Positions 1 to 8,496 of a stretch of 62,308 bases of DNA are shown piece by piece. The notes under the pieces were generated by a model. It worked only from the letters and a program-made list of their open reading frames with translations. It did no database searches and had not been told where the DNA came from. The stretch comes from a virus. Lineage: Duplodnaviria > Caudoviricetes. The number at the start of each line of letters is the position of its first letter. Within the stretch, counting starts at the first letter, position 1. Location of the stretch: the IMG/VR virus record IMGVR_UViG_3300037797_000094, positions 1 through 62,308 of that record; one strand, given 5' to 3'. Position numbers and translations under genes: made by a program.

Positions 1-90
1 CGCCGCGGTCCTGTCTGGCCGCGTCCTTGCGTCGGGTCAACGTGTGGAGTCTGGGGCCTACGGCGTCCGGTGTCAACGGTCAATCGGTCC

Positions 91-125
91 GCGTCCGGCG
101 TCCGGCGTCCGGCGTCCGGCGTCCG
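91..125. repeat. Tandem heptamer (GCGTCCG)x5
   Basis: Read directly from the sequence; a further copy lies at ~63-69. Confidence 0.9.
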
Positions 126-134
126 GCCGACGAC

Positions 135-201
135 TTGACGTCAAAAAAGTTTAGGTTGACAGTCTTGACATTGACAGTCTTGACGTCAAGACAACTTTTT
201 T
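135..201. repeat. Cluster of TTGAC repeats and TTGACGTCAA palindromes
   Basis: TTGAC at 135, 156, 165, 171 and 180; palindromes at 135-144 and 179-190; AAAAAAGTT/AACTTTTTT inverted pair. Confidence 0.8.
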
Positions 202-476
202 GGGAGGTTGAAGGAGGTTCCCTTAAGCTCCTGAAGCTTTAAGCTGCAGCAGCTCTGCGCTGGAAGCTTGCTGCTGGATGAAGCTTGGTTCCAGCGGTTC
301 CCGCGGTTCCAGTGGAAGCTTCTGTAGCTTACGGTTCCAGTGGATCCGGCTGAACATTGACCACTTTGGGTGAAGTTCCACCGGTTCCCTTAAGAAGATT
401 TTCTGAAGCTCCGTCTGTGCGCACGGAACAGGGTGTTTGAATAGTAGATCCGCGCAGGAGATTGGAGATTGGAGAT

Positions 477-680
477 TTATACTCTGCTGATGAGAAGTTC
501 TTCACTGCACTTGAAGCAGTAGCGCTCATCAACCTCAATCTCCCTGCTACCGCACATAGCGCATACCTCATGACCACAGGCTTCACAGTGGAAGCCAGCC
601 CGCCTATTACCGCCTGGAACTGAGTCATTATTACCCTCAAACCAGACGATTTGCCCACCACATCGTCTACACTCTGTCAT
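477..680 (-). CDS. Small Cys-rich (Zn-ribbon) protein
   Basis: Four CxxC motifs; GGAGG RBS upstream. Confidence 0.7.
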   Translation of the reverse strand: MTECRRCGGQIVWFEGNNDSVPGGNRRAGFHCEACGHEVCAMCGSREIEVDERYCFKCSEELLISRV

Positions 681-782
681 CTTAATCCTCCTGGTACAGG
701 AATAGGGCCAGACAAAAGAACCCCCAGGGGAAACTTCTGTCCAGCCCTTCTGAAACCAAACAGCACTAGGGCCTAGTTCGGG

Positions 783-1064
783 TTAATCATCCACTCCAAC
801 AGCGAGCATCATGTGAATCTCAGCCACACTGAGTAGAGCCCGAGCCGTATTGTAGTGCAAGATTCTTCCAACTTCTTCCGGAGTCATGGCCCCCAGTTCT
901 TCATGACTATAAGCCGCTGGCATATTCTCTTCTAGGACATCCTGGAATCTCGGTGGAAAAGTCTCAATCCCTTCCACATAAATAGAGATCGACTCAATCA
1001 ATGCATCCTGTGCATTCTGAGGGAAAGACCTAATACCTGGAAAAGCAACCTCAGTGGGTGGCAT
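783..1064 (-). CDS. Hypothetical protein
   Basis: ORF with AGGAGG RBS in the early operon. Confidence 0.7.
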   Translation of the reverse strand: MPPTEVAFPGIRSFPQNAQDALIESISIYVEGIETFPPRFQDVLEENMPAAYSHEELGAMTPEEVGRILHYNTARALLSVAEIHMMLAVGVDD

Positions 1065-1142
1065 TGTTTCCTCCTACAGAATCAGGAGCCCAGCAGTCGG
1101 ATACGCTTCAACTGCTGAGCTCCTGTTCAATAGAGAACGAGG

Positions 1143-1628
1143 TTATTCCTCGTCCTCGTCCTCATCCTCGTCTTCGTCCTCTTCCTCTTCCTCTTCGTCC
1201 TCGGACTCTTCCTCTTCCTCGTCCTCAGACTCCTCCTCTTCCTCTTCGTCCTCATCCAGTTCAAGCTCCTCGAGCTCAGCCTGGACCTCTTCAGACGCAG
1301 CCTCCTCTACCTGAGCAGACTTCTTACCCTTGCGACCCTTCTTCTTGCCACGAGTCCCACCACCAGCTCCAGCCGCAATTGCCTCGGCCAGCCGCTTCTC
1401 GGTTGCAGGATCAATGTCATACCGAGTGTACTCACCATCAGGAGAGAAATCCTGAGAGCGCAAAACTCGGCGCAGCCTCTGAGGAGAGACGCCCAATCGC
1501 TCAGCCACTTCCTTGGTGGAAGCGTACTTACGAGTTGGTCGTTCCTTCTTTGCTGCCTTTGCCTTGGCCGGAGCAGCCTTTGCCGGAGCTGCCTTCTTGG
1601 TAGATTTCTTTGCCGCCTTCTTAGCCAT
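1143..1628 (-). CDS. Histone H1-like/HTH DNA-binding protein with long acidic tail
   Basis: K/A/P-rich N-terminus; HTH-like STKEVAERLGVSPQRLRRVLR; basic patch; long near-pure D/E C-terminal tail. Confidence 0.8.
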   Translation of the reverse strand: MAKKAAKKSTKKAAPAKAAPAKAKAAKKERPTRKYASTKEVAERLGVSPQRLRRVLRSQDFSPDGEYTRYDIDPATEKRLAEAIAAGAGGGTRGKKKGRKGKKSAQVEEAASEEVQAELEELELDEDEEEEEESEDEEEEESEDEEEEEEDEDEDEDEDEE

Positions 1629-1651
1629 TGATCTGAAAATCCTCCAAAGTT

Positions 1652-2002
1652 CTAAGACTTACCCTTCTTGGATCGTTCTTCTGTATCTTCTTGATCATTA
1701 CCTCCACTCTGTTCTATTACCCTTTCAAGTAACCCTCTCGCAGACTCCTCATGAGAGAATACTTGATCAATGAAAGGAGCAGGCCGTCCAACATCCTTGA
1801 TCTGAACATTGTACTTGAGTCGTCCATCATCCATCTCAATTTGATAGATAATGCCTTCCCGTTCTTGCTGCCACCTCTGCTCCTCGATAATAACCCGGCC
1901 TTTCTCTTTACTCTCCACCTCCGGCATCTTAACTCCTAAACTGTCAGAGATCATGTGGTCCCTGTCCCTTTCATTATATGACAACCTGAAGTAACTTGTC
2001 AA
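1652..2002 (-). CDS. Hypothetical protein
   Basis: ORF coupled to upstream gene. Confidence 0.55.
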   Translation of the reverse strand: MTSYFRLSYNERDRDHMISDSLGVKMPEVESKEKGRVIIEEQRWQQEREGIIYQIEMDDGRLKYNVQIKDVGRPAPFIDQVFSHEESARGLLERVIEQSGGNDQEDTEERSKKGKS

Positions 2003-2265
2003 GGAGCAGGTTTATCCATAAGGCTAGAAGGAACCTCCCAAAACGGCTGCCTTACTGATAGCTCATCTCCATTCTCATCCTCTGTGATTAGCTCAATCGC
2101 TTCCGCCTCATACTCATCTTCATGATCCCAATCAAAAGCATTGATCTTTTCACGAGCCTTATTCCATACTTTAATCCCATCAACCGGCTCTTCTACTTCT
2201 TCCACAGGGACAGCCACTACTTGGTAAGCCCGAAAGCTAACTACATAGTTCTTTGTCTCACTCAT
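1999..2265 (-). CDS. Hypothetical acidic protein
   Basis: ATGA overlap with ruvB stop. Confidence 0.7.
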   Translation of the reverse strand: MSETKNYVVSFRAYQVVAVPVEEVEEPVDGIKVWNKAREKINAFDWDHEDEYEAEAIELITEDENGDELSVRQPFWEVPSSLMDKPAP

Positions 2266-3185
2266 CTTAGCTCCTTCAGGTGCTTAATACCCTGAGCTGT
2301 AATAATTCTTCCCCTCGGCCCTCTTTCCACCAACCCCTGCCTCAGAAGGTATGGCTCAATACTATCTGCTATAGTTTCCTCCGCTTCACTCACCATTGCA
2401 GCGATCGCCTCAATACCTAGTGGGACATTGACCCTTGCCAATACCCGAAGAACCCGCCTATCAAGTGGGAGTAGCCCCAACTGATCCAAGTGAAACTTCT
2501 TCCACAAGATATCCCGGACATTCTCAATGGTAAGCTGAGTTCCCCTTGCTACGTTATAGTCTCTCAATCTTTTCAGAAGCCTATTACCGATTCTTGGAGT
2601 TGCCCTACATCTGGCCACCACCTCCATCAAAGCAACTCCCCCTATCTCCACTTCCAGTTTATCACGACTGGTGCTTAGAATCTTATACATCTCATGGTCT
2701 GCATAATATTCTAACTGGAACTGGAGACCAAATCTATCCACAAATGGCTGGGTCAACCTCCCAATATGAGTTGTAGCTCCAATTACCACCAAGTTAGGTA
2801 ATTCTACCGGAGATACAGAATTCCCCATCTTATAATGAAATACTCCATCCTCCAAGACCGGGTACAGCTGTTCCTGTGCTGGTTTTGCTACTCGGTGAAT
2901 CTCATCTATAAAAAGAACTGACCTCTCGGCCAGCCCAAAAGCTAGGAATTGTGTGTCTTTCACTGTCTTGATCGATCCACCAATTGTCGTCTTTATCTTC
3001 CAGCCTAACTCCTTCGCAATAATCCTGGCCAGAGTTGTCTTACCTAATCCTGGTGGACCATTCAGCAACACATGGTCCAATGGTTCTTTCAGCTTTTTGC
3101 TCGCCTCAATTGCCGTCCTCAAGATATCCTTGATATGCTCCTGCCCGATGTAATCTTCGAGTCGCTGTGGTCTCAGAGATACCAA
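2262..3185 (-). CDS. ruvB: RuvB-like Holliday junction branch-migration AAA+ ATPase
   Basis: SLRPxxLxxYIGQ N-terminal motif; Walker A GPPGLGKTT; Walker B FIDEIHR; GATT sensor 1; DRFG arginine finger; RATPR sensor 2; EPYL...RGPRGR C-terminal domain. Confidence 0.93.
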   Translation of the reverse strand: MVSLRPQRLEDYIGQEHIKDILRTAIEASKKLKEPLDHVLLNGPPGLGKTTLARIIAKELGWKIKTTIGGSIKTVKDTQFLAFGLAERSVLFIDEIHRVAKPAQEQLYPVLEDGVFHYKMGNSVSPVELPNLVVIGATTHIGRLTQPFVDRFGLQFQLEYYADHEMYKILSTSRDKLEVEIGGVALMEVVARCRATPRIGNRLLKRLRDYNVARGTQLTIENVRDILWKKFHLDQLGLLPLDRRVLRVLARVNVPLGIEAIAAMVSEAEETIADSIEPYLLRQGLVERGPRGRIITAQGIKHLKELR

Positions 3186-3242
3186 CTTGCATCTCCCTCA
3201 CCTATGCATTAAACTGATCAATCTCCCCTTCTATCTCAGTCT

Positions 3243-3599
3243 TCACTCTTGACTATACCTTTCTTCTACCTTCCCACCGAAGAGACGAGCTGCCCTCTCA
3301 GCGTATTCTGCATCTCCAATGGTGGTCAGGTCCTGCCCATAGTCTTCTGCATCTGCTTCAGTCCAATCTCTATCATGCTCCCAAGTAGTATCATCTGACG
3401 TAACCAGCCTCGCCAACCCTCTGATCAAATTCGCATATGCCGAAGTCTCATCAATATCTGAATCTGAACAACCCGGCCCTTTCTCCAACCCCTCTACCAC
3501 AGACCTGAAGGCCAGCTCAAATACATCTGTGGTCCTATTGTTCGCTGCATAGTCAGACTCGAAGATGCTAAAACTTGGTGCCTTGTTCTCTTCCATCAT
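3243..3599 (-). CDS. Hypothetical acidic protein
   Basis: First ORF after the promoter at 3653-3681; good RBS. Confidence 0.7.
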   Translation of the reverse strand: MMEENKAPSFSIFESDYAANNRTTDVFELAFRSVVEGLEKGPGCSDSDIDETSAYANLIRGLARLVTSDDTTWEHDRDWTEADAEDYGQDLTTIGDAEYAERAARLFGGKVEERYSQE

Positions 3600-3652
3600 T
3601 CCTCTTCTCCTGGATCCTTTGTCCGGTCCGGCCAGTCTGACCGTCCGGGTCC

Positions 3653-3681
3653 AGTCTAATACATCCTAATCTTCTAGTCAA
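3653..3681 (-). promoter_or_regulatory. Sigma70-type early promoter
   Basis: TTGACT-17 nt (agaagattaggatgtat)-TAGACT. Confidence 0.75.
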
Positions 3682-3700
3682 TTCGATTAGGAAGTTTAGA

Positions 3701-3919
3701 CTAACCAAACCACCAAATCATCGAAGTGTGGAAACAATCCGCCTGACTTGACTGTGGATATCTCCTCCTCAATCCTTCATATCCCTTCAACACATACAGA
3801 ATCGCTTCTGACCCAGCCTCTGATAACTGGTCCACCATCATTACAAGATCATCATCTGGAGTACCAACCGCACCAGGATCAATCTCCCAAATGTGATCAA
3901 GATCATCTAGATAGCCCAT
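3701..3919 (-). CDS. Hypothetical protein
   Basis: Coupled ORF in early operon. Confidence 0.65.
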   Translation of the reverse strand: MGYLDDLDHIWEIDPGAVGTPDDDLVMMVDQLSEAGSEAILYVLKGYEGLRRRYPQSSQADCFHTSMIWWFG

Positions 3920-4110
3920 TATCTTGTCACCTTGTGATACAATCTAAACAATACGTCTCGCTGCCTACCTTCTTGCTTTAAGTGTTCAACTGTTCCTACC
4001 CCAATCTGCAACATCCTACTCACTTTATGGTCAGCCGCTACATAAGCATCCCACAAGACTGCCTCAAGAATTGACTGCTCTTCATCATCAATTGCTAGTT
4101 TCTGGGACAT
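3919..4110 (-). CDS. Hypothetical protein
   Basis: TAATG overlap with next gene. Confidence 0.6.
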   Translation of the reverse strand: MSQKLAIDDEEQSILEAVLWDAYVAADHKVSRMLQIGVGTVEHLKQEGRQRDVLFRLYHKVTR

Positions 4111-4169
4111 AAGCCTTGTATTCCTTGAACGGCCTAACTCCTAAGACAGCTAGCAACTCCTGTGTAAAC

Positions 4170-4322
4170 CTAATTCTCATCCTCTGGGAAATAATCTTCC
4201 TCTTCCACCCATTCATAGGGATTCTCCATATCATACTTATTCTCTAGGTACCAGACCTGCTGTGCCTCCTCATTCCAATGAGAGTATTCTTCAACTGTAG
4301 GAATGTTCTTATGCCGCCACAT
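4170..4322 (-). CDS. Small acidic protein (not in ORF track)
   Basis: Hand translation MWRHKNIPTVEEYSHWNEEAQQVWYLENKYDMENPYEWVEEEDYFPEDEN; fills an operon gap. Confidence 0.5.
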   Translation of the reverse strand: MWRHKNIPTVEEYSHWNEEAQQVWYLENKYDMENPYEWVEEEDYFPEDEN

Positions 4323-4521
4323 CTGCACACCTCTTGCATATCACATGGTGCTGATCCCATGAGTCATCAGAAATTGCTTCATGATAGTAACAAATACACT
4401 TCCCACATCTATGACAATGTGCAAGCCTTCTGATCTCTTCTCCCTCACGATGACGGTCCAACTCTGTCATTATGGTCCACTTCCAGATTCTGATCATACC
4501 AACCCCATCTGCAGCATCCAA
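4309..4521 (-). CDS. Small Cys/His-rich protein
   Basis: CHRCGKC and CKRC motifs; start uncertain. Confidence 0.55.
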   Translation of the reverse strand: MDAADGVGMIRIWKWTIMTELDRHREGEEIRRLAHCHRCGKCICYYHEAISDDSWDQHHVICKRCADVAA

Positions 4522-4895
4522 CTAGGCTTCCCGTGCTCACACCGTCCATCTGGCTCTACCCAGCACCCATCCGTCGCCTCACACCCACCATCGTCATCTA
4601 TCCAGGACATGATCTGCTCCATCGTTGGAGGATCACCATTCTCCCGCTTTACCGCATCCTTCTCCCAAACTGTAACCGGGTTATTCACAAAAGGAGTTGC
4701 AGCATACTTATTCAGTGGCTCTCCTTTGTAGATCAATCCATATGCATCCTTTCCGTCAAACCCATTCTGGTACTTAACAATCTTAATCACTGGATAAGCC
4801 TCATCACCAGGATAAACTCCATTCCCAGCAATGATCTGATCCACTATTTCTCGATCATTAATCGTCGCCATCCTAGTACCAGCCCTTCCACTCAT
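4494..4895 (-). CDS. Hypothetical protein with C-terminal CEATDGC..EPDGxCxHG motif
   Basis: Likely start at MATINDRE; Cys/His-rich C-terminal module. Confidence 0.7.
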   Translation of the reverse strand: MSGRAGTRMATINDREIVDQIIAGNGVYPGDEAYPVIKIVKYQNGFDGKDAYGLIYKGEPLNKYAATPFVNNPVTVWEKDAVKRENGDPPTMEQIMSWIDDDGGCEATDGCWVEPDGRCEHGKPSWMLQMGLV

Positions 4896-5061
4896 TAACC
4901 TTGGTGTTGTACTTCTCGGCTAAATCTTGTGCCGCTGACCAAGCCTCTCCTTCTGCAATCGAGATAGTTCCTTCTTCCGGATGAGATGGAATATACACCT
5001 CATAGAAGTGCACCCCATCCTCAAATCTCGGAACAAACTGAACTTCATTCCTATCTTCCAT
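4873..5061 (-). CDS. Hypothetical protein
   Basis: Coupled ORF. Confidence 0.6.
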   Translation of the reverse strand: MEDRNEVQFVPRFEDGVHFYEVYIPSHPEEGTISIAEGEAWSAAQDLAEKYNTKVNEWKGWY

Positions 5062-5266
5062 TCCCTACCACCTTTGCATGATTCTCCCGCACACACCTAC
5101 CACAGACCGAGCCCATCATCCACTCGACGGGATTCATCTGCCTCTGACACTGCCTGCATCGATTAATCTCGGCAAGACCAACATTGATCCCTCCACTACA
5201 CCCCGCATGGCCGCATCCACCACAGAAGCCACCGCTATTGCATTCACAGGGACAGAGGTCAGACAT
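5051..5266 (-). CDS. Small Cys-rich protein
   Basis: Multiple Cys clusters. Confidence 0.6.
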   Translation of the reverse strand: MSDLCPCECNSGGFCGGCGHAGCSGGINVGLAEINRCRQCQRQMNPVEWMMGSVCGRCVRENHAKVVGNGR

Positions 5267-5268
5267 CT

Positions 5269-5526
5269 TTATGCCTCTTCCTCAAGGATAGCAGACCGAA
5301 ACTCATCACCAGCTCCATGTTGCATCATAAAGATCTGAGTCTCCATTACCATCGCCAGCCAATGACGCCTCTCAACAGACCCACCCGTGAACTTCTCTGG
5401 TTCATTTTCTAAGAGAACCTGAGCTACTGCCTTTGCAAACTCAACCCAACCCATCACTCTAACTCCCGTTCTGCCGCTTCCTCTGCCGCCGGATTGAACT
5501 CTCCTGTATCTAGTCGCTCGTCCCAA
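5269..5526 (-). CDS. Hypothetical protein (likely start MGWVEF)
   Basis: Fills operon. Confidence 0.55.
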   Translation of the reverse strand: MGRATRYRRVQSGGRGSGRTGVRVMGWVEFAKAVAQVLLENEPEKFTGGSVERRHWLAMVMETQIFMMQHGAGDEFRSAILEEEA

Positions 5527-5852
5527 CTCATCACCGGCTCTAGATTCTCAATCTCTCCTCTTGCCACATAGTACTTGGGGTGTTCTACTTTCGGAGCTGT
5601 ATCCCCTTCCGCCACTACCTCCCCGCGCAGATACTGCCCTTCCAGCATCCGAGACTCCACCCCATAGATCAACTTTCTTACCCGGAAGGTATCATCGATC
5701 TCATGGCCAACCCCCACCATTACATGAGGCTGATCATATGTCTCCCCTAAGATCTTCCGCAGCCTTCGATCATGAGTCTCCAATGCCCTCATGATCAACT
5801 GCAGTTCTTCTTGTGAGAGATCGAGCTCCTCAATAATCTGTCCCATCACCAT
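5454..5852 (-). CDS. Hypothetical protein
   Basis: Coupled ORF with RBS. Confidence 0.65.
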   Translation of the reverse strand: MVMGQIIEELDLSQEELQLIMRALETHDRRLRKILGETYDQPHVMVGVGHEIDDTFRVRKLIYGVESRMLEGQYLRGEVVAEGDTAPKVEHPKYYVARGEIENLEPVMSWDERLDTGEFNPAAEEAAERELE

Positions 5853-6102
5853 TCACTCCTGTTGAAGGATTATAGTGCCCAACTTCTACGATCCACTCCC
5901 CACCGTCTTCATGTGGAAACTGATACCGTCCCTCCGCCCTGTGCTGTCCAATCAGCTTGAACGCCGCCTCCACAGGATCCATATCACCTTCACCGAATCT
6001 AACAGACCCGATCACACAGGTAACATCAAACCCACCTTCTGGATACATCACCTGCCCGGTTGTCCGTCCAGCCGTCTTTGTCGCCATCACTTCACCATCC
6101 AA
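5830..6102 (-). CDS. Hypothetical protein
   Basis: Coupled ORF. Confidence 0.6.
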   Translation of the reverse strand: MDGEVMATKTAGRTTGQVMYPEGGFDVTCVIGSVRFGEGDMDPVEAAFKLIGQHRAEGRYQFPHEDGGEWIVEVGHYNPSTGVNGDGTDY

Positions 6103-6395
6103 TCTTCATGCTTGATATGTGGATCTCGTCGTAGCAGAGTCCTCAGAACCTCTCGTAGCATATATTCCTCACTCCCCTGCCCCAATGACCCGCTCGCAAG
6201 TGCGTGCTTGATAGACATCAGGATCCCTTCTACCGCCGCCCCATAAGCATCTACCTCGAACCACCAAGCGTGAACATGAACTCTCCCCTTTGACCTATTA
6301 TCTTCTTGAAGCTTCGGAATATTGTAACTAACTCTCCGATACTGCAACTGACGACTAACTTGAGAGTTCGGAACTCCTCGCGGACCACTACTCAC
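6087..6395 (-). CDS. Hypothetical protein
   Basis: GAGGTG RBS before GTG start. Confidence 0.6.
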   Translation of the reverse strand: MSSGPRGVPNSQVSRQLQYRRVSYNIPKLQEDNRSKGRVHVHAWWFEVDAYGAAVEGILMSIKHALASGSLGQGSEEYMLREVLRTLLRRDPHIKHEDWMVK

Positions 6396-6409
6396 GCTGT
6401 CACCTCTAT

Positions 6410-6625
6410 CTACTTAGACGGTTCTAGTTCTCGCCTAGCAAATGCCGGCCAATTCTCAATCACTTCACCTGCATTCTCGACATTAATCCCGTCAACTGAG
6501 AATTCATCAGGATGGACATTTGCTGAGAAATCACCACCCATTAAAGCTTCTAGACAATCAGCTGCTATGGCTTGGGGACTAGCTGCCTCATCCTCATGAT
6601 TGAAACTAAATATTACTCGTCTCAT
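6410..6625 (-). CDS. Hypothetical protein
   Basis: GGAGG RBS. Confidence 0.65.
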   Translation of the reverse strand: MRRVIFSFNHEDEAASPQAIAADCLEALMGGDFSANVHPDEFSVDGINVENAGEVIENWPAFARRELEPSK

Positions 6626-6720
6626 CTTATTCCTCCATTCCTAGCTTCTGCAGAGCCAAATCCAAAGCCGACTCTATCTCGTTTGCCTCGTTGTAAACCT
6701 CTTCCGGGTCCCTTCCCCAA

Positions 6721-6891
6721 TCAACCACGTCGCACCACCTTGAATCCGCCTTCTATCCGCCGAATCTGAATCTGACGATCATCATTCGGATTGAATGCCT
6801 CATCGATGATCAACTGCTGTTCCTTGAACCTCTTGGCCTCCCCATAGTTGTTGAATCGCCCACCCACAATTTCGACGCGCTTCTTACCCAT
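6721..6891 (-). CDS. Small hypothetical protein (not in ORF track)
   Basis: Hand translation MGKKRVEIVGGRFNNYGEAKRFKEQQ...; GAGGT RBS. Confidence 0.55.
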   Translation of the reverse strand: MGKKRVEIVGGRFNNYGEAKRFKEQQLIIDEAFNPNDDRQIQIRRIEGGFKVVRRG

Positions 6892-7141
6892 TCTCAACCT
6901 CCTCTATCGCCGCCATTGCCTCTTCCACAGAGACTGGGCCTCCAGTACTCCCACGACCTCTCGTTGTCTTCCAGAGCTTCTTACTCCTCTTTCTTTTTCG
7001 ACTCCAGTTCGTGGTCTTAATCCAACTTGGGTCAATCCGCCTGTCCTGCTTCGGCTTCTCCGTCTCTGCTTGAATTCCTGATTCCGCCGCCTCCCTCTCG
7101 AGAAGCTGCATCAGGTCGTCCCTGTCTTCCTGGTCCGTCAT
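6884..7141 (-). CDS. Hypothetical protein
   Basis: ATGA coupling. Confidence 0.6.
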   Translation of the reverse strand: MTDQEDRDDLMQLLEREAAESGIQAETEKPKQDRRIDPSWIKTTNWSRKRKRSKKLWKTTRGRGSTGGPVSVEEAMAAIEEVENG

Positions 7142-7422
7142 GCCACCACCGCCTTCTTGATGTCATGTCGTTCTGCAATGTAGTACTTCTTGTCGTGTTC
7201 TACCCGTCGTCCGACCCTGACCAAAGGGACCATACAGGTTTCGCATCTGACAACTGGTTTTTGTCCCCTCCCCCTCTTCTCTTCCTTTTCCTCTTCCTTA
7301 TATCCAACATGTCGTGGGGCCAACTGCTTACCCCAAACTCGTCGTCCCTCGCAATCCTGACAAATATTCCTGTGCTTGTCTGACGACCATATAACACAAC
7401 CGCATCGGCATTGACACCTCAT
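7138..7422 (-). CDS. Cys-rich hypothetical protein
   Basis: First ORF after promoter 7500-7528; GGAGG RBS. Confidence 0.65.
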   Translation of the reverse strand: MRCQCRCGCVIWSSDKHRNICQDCEGRRVWGKQLAPRHVGYKEEEKEEKRGRGQKPVVRCETCMVPLVRVGRRVEHDKKYYIAERHDIKKAVVA

Positions 7423-7499
7423 CTGCTTCCTCCGGTTTGTCCTGTCTGGCCGTCTGGCCCAAGGGGGAGGTTGACCAGTCTGGTCATGGTCATGGGGCC

Positions 7500-7528
7500 A
7501 TTATAATACATCTCAAACTGCGTGTCAA
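7500..7528 (-). promoter_or_regulatory. Sigma70-type early promoter
   Basis: TTGACA-17 nt (cgcagtttgagatgtat)-TATAAT. Confidence 0.85.
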
Positions 7529-7916
7529 TTCGAAGTTAAAGTTTTCGGTTCCATCGGATCGAAGGCGTTTTGTCCTGACTGGCCAGACGGCCCCTATATA
7601 AATATGGCCCTGATCATCTTGGAGCGCTATGGAACTTCTTGGATCGTTTGTCTGTGGTGAACAGCGGGTTCCAATTGATCCTGTAAGCTTTGAGATTTCC
7701 TGCCAACTTCTCGTCGTGGGAAAAACAACTTGGATTCCAAACCCCAATTCTCGTCTAAACCCCGGGGTTACTACCCACAGGAGCCTCATGAGATCTTCTG
7801 GGTTGGACCAGACCATATATGGCCGGAGAAAAGTGAACTATCCCTTAAGCGAATCTTAATCATACTGTATACTGTCGGGCCTCCGCCCGTCCTTTGTAAA
7901 CTCACGCGCTATCAAC

Positions 7917-7997
7917 GGAGATTAAACTGTCGTCTTTCCGTATATAGGCCCCATAAGGGGCCATATGTATATACGGGAAAAGACAGTTTTAATCTCC
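7917..7997. repeat. Long imperfect inverted repeat in a noncoding region (candidate origin element)
   Basis: GGAGATTAAACTGTC..TTTCCGTATATA GGCCCC ataa GGGGCC..TATATACGGGAAA..GACAGTTTTAATCTCC. Confidence 0.7.
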
Positions 7998-8067
7998 ATA
8001 GATTGTTGACGCCGACACTTTCTGTCATATCTGTGGTCTTACTGTCGGGTGGTGCCAGGCGACAGTA

Positions 8068-8361
8068 TTATCGGAGACAAGTATGCTCTTGGATGTCCTT
8101 GAAAGTTGGCAGTCTTTTGCCGCATCTCCTATGGTAAACTCTGAGACTTCCATCTTTAGTAATCCTAAACTTTAGAATGTCAGGGTGTCTAGTCTGTCCA
8201 GTGTCCACTGAGATATCCAGGGATGGCCGTCTAGTAGCCTCTCGCCGGCTATCTGTGGTCCCGGTCTGTCCCTGTCCAGTCACCCTTGGAACATCTTCAA
8301 TGAATGCAATAATCTCCTCTTTCACTACTTCAGGAGCACCCGGGGGAGATCGGCGGGGCAT
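8068..8361 (-). CDS. Hypothetical protein
   Basis: AAGGA RBS; C-terminal HxxC...HxC. Confidence 0.55.
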   Translation of the reverse strand: MPRRSPPGAPEVVKEEIIAFIEDVPRVTGQGQTGTTDSRREATRRPSLDISVDTGQTRHPDILKFRITKDGSLRVYHRRCGKRLPTFKDIQEHTCLR

Positions 8362-8390
8362 ATGCTTCTTCCTTTAATAGTACTATGGGG

Positions 8391-8496
8391 GGATGCCGGA
8401 CCGGCGACGGGTATCCTGCAACCAGGCGATCTGATTACCCCGCCGCCGGCCTGTTCAATCGCCGGTTGGTCATCCATAGCGCCCACCACCAACCGG
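8391..8496 (-). ncRNA. Candidate structured cis-RNA (interleaved helices)
   Basis: Two long interleaved helices, one with G-U pairs that work only on the minus strand, plus a competing upstream helix. Confidence 0.4.

Noticed and set aside
60-420. CRISPR array or mini-array in the repeat-rich left end
   Set aside because: Repeats are 5-15 nt and irregularly spaced, with no constant-length repeat-spacer units
1054-1603. Poly-Ser and Pro/Arg-rich plus-strand ORFs
   Set aside because: Antisense shadows of the acidic tail of the 1143-1628 gene
7490-8137. ORFs 7490-7816, 7629-7859 and 7730-8137
   Set aside because: No clear RBS, atypical composition, and they overlap a promoter or a large inverted repeat; treated as non-coding
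8391-8472. tRNA, hammerhead ribozyme or stop-codon readthrough signal
   Set aside because: No cloverleaf with T-loop and CCA; no complete CUGANGA/GAAA core; reading through the UGA at 8472-8470 meets another UGA after four codons
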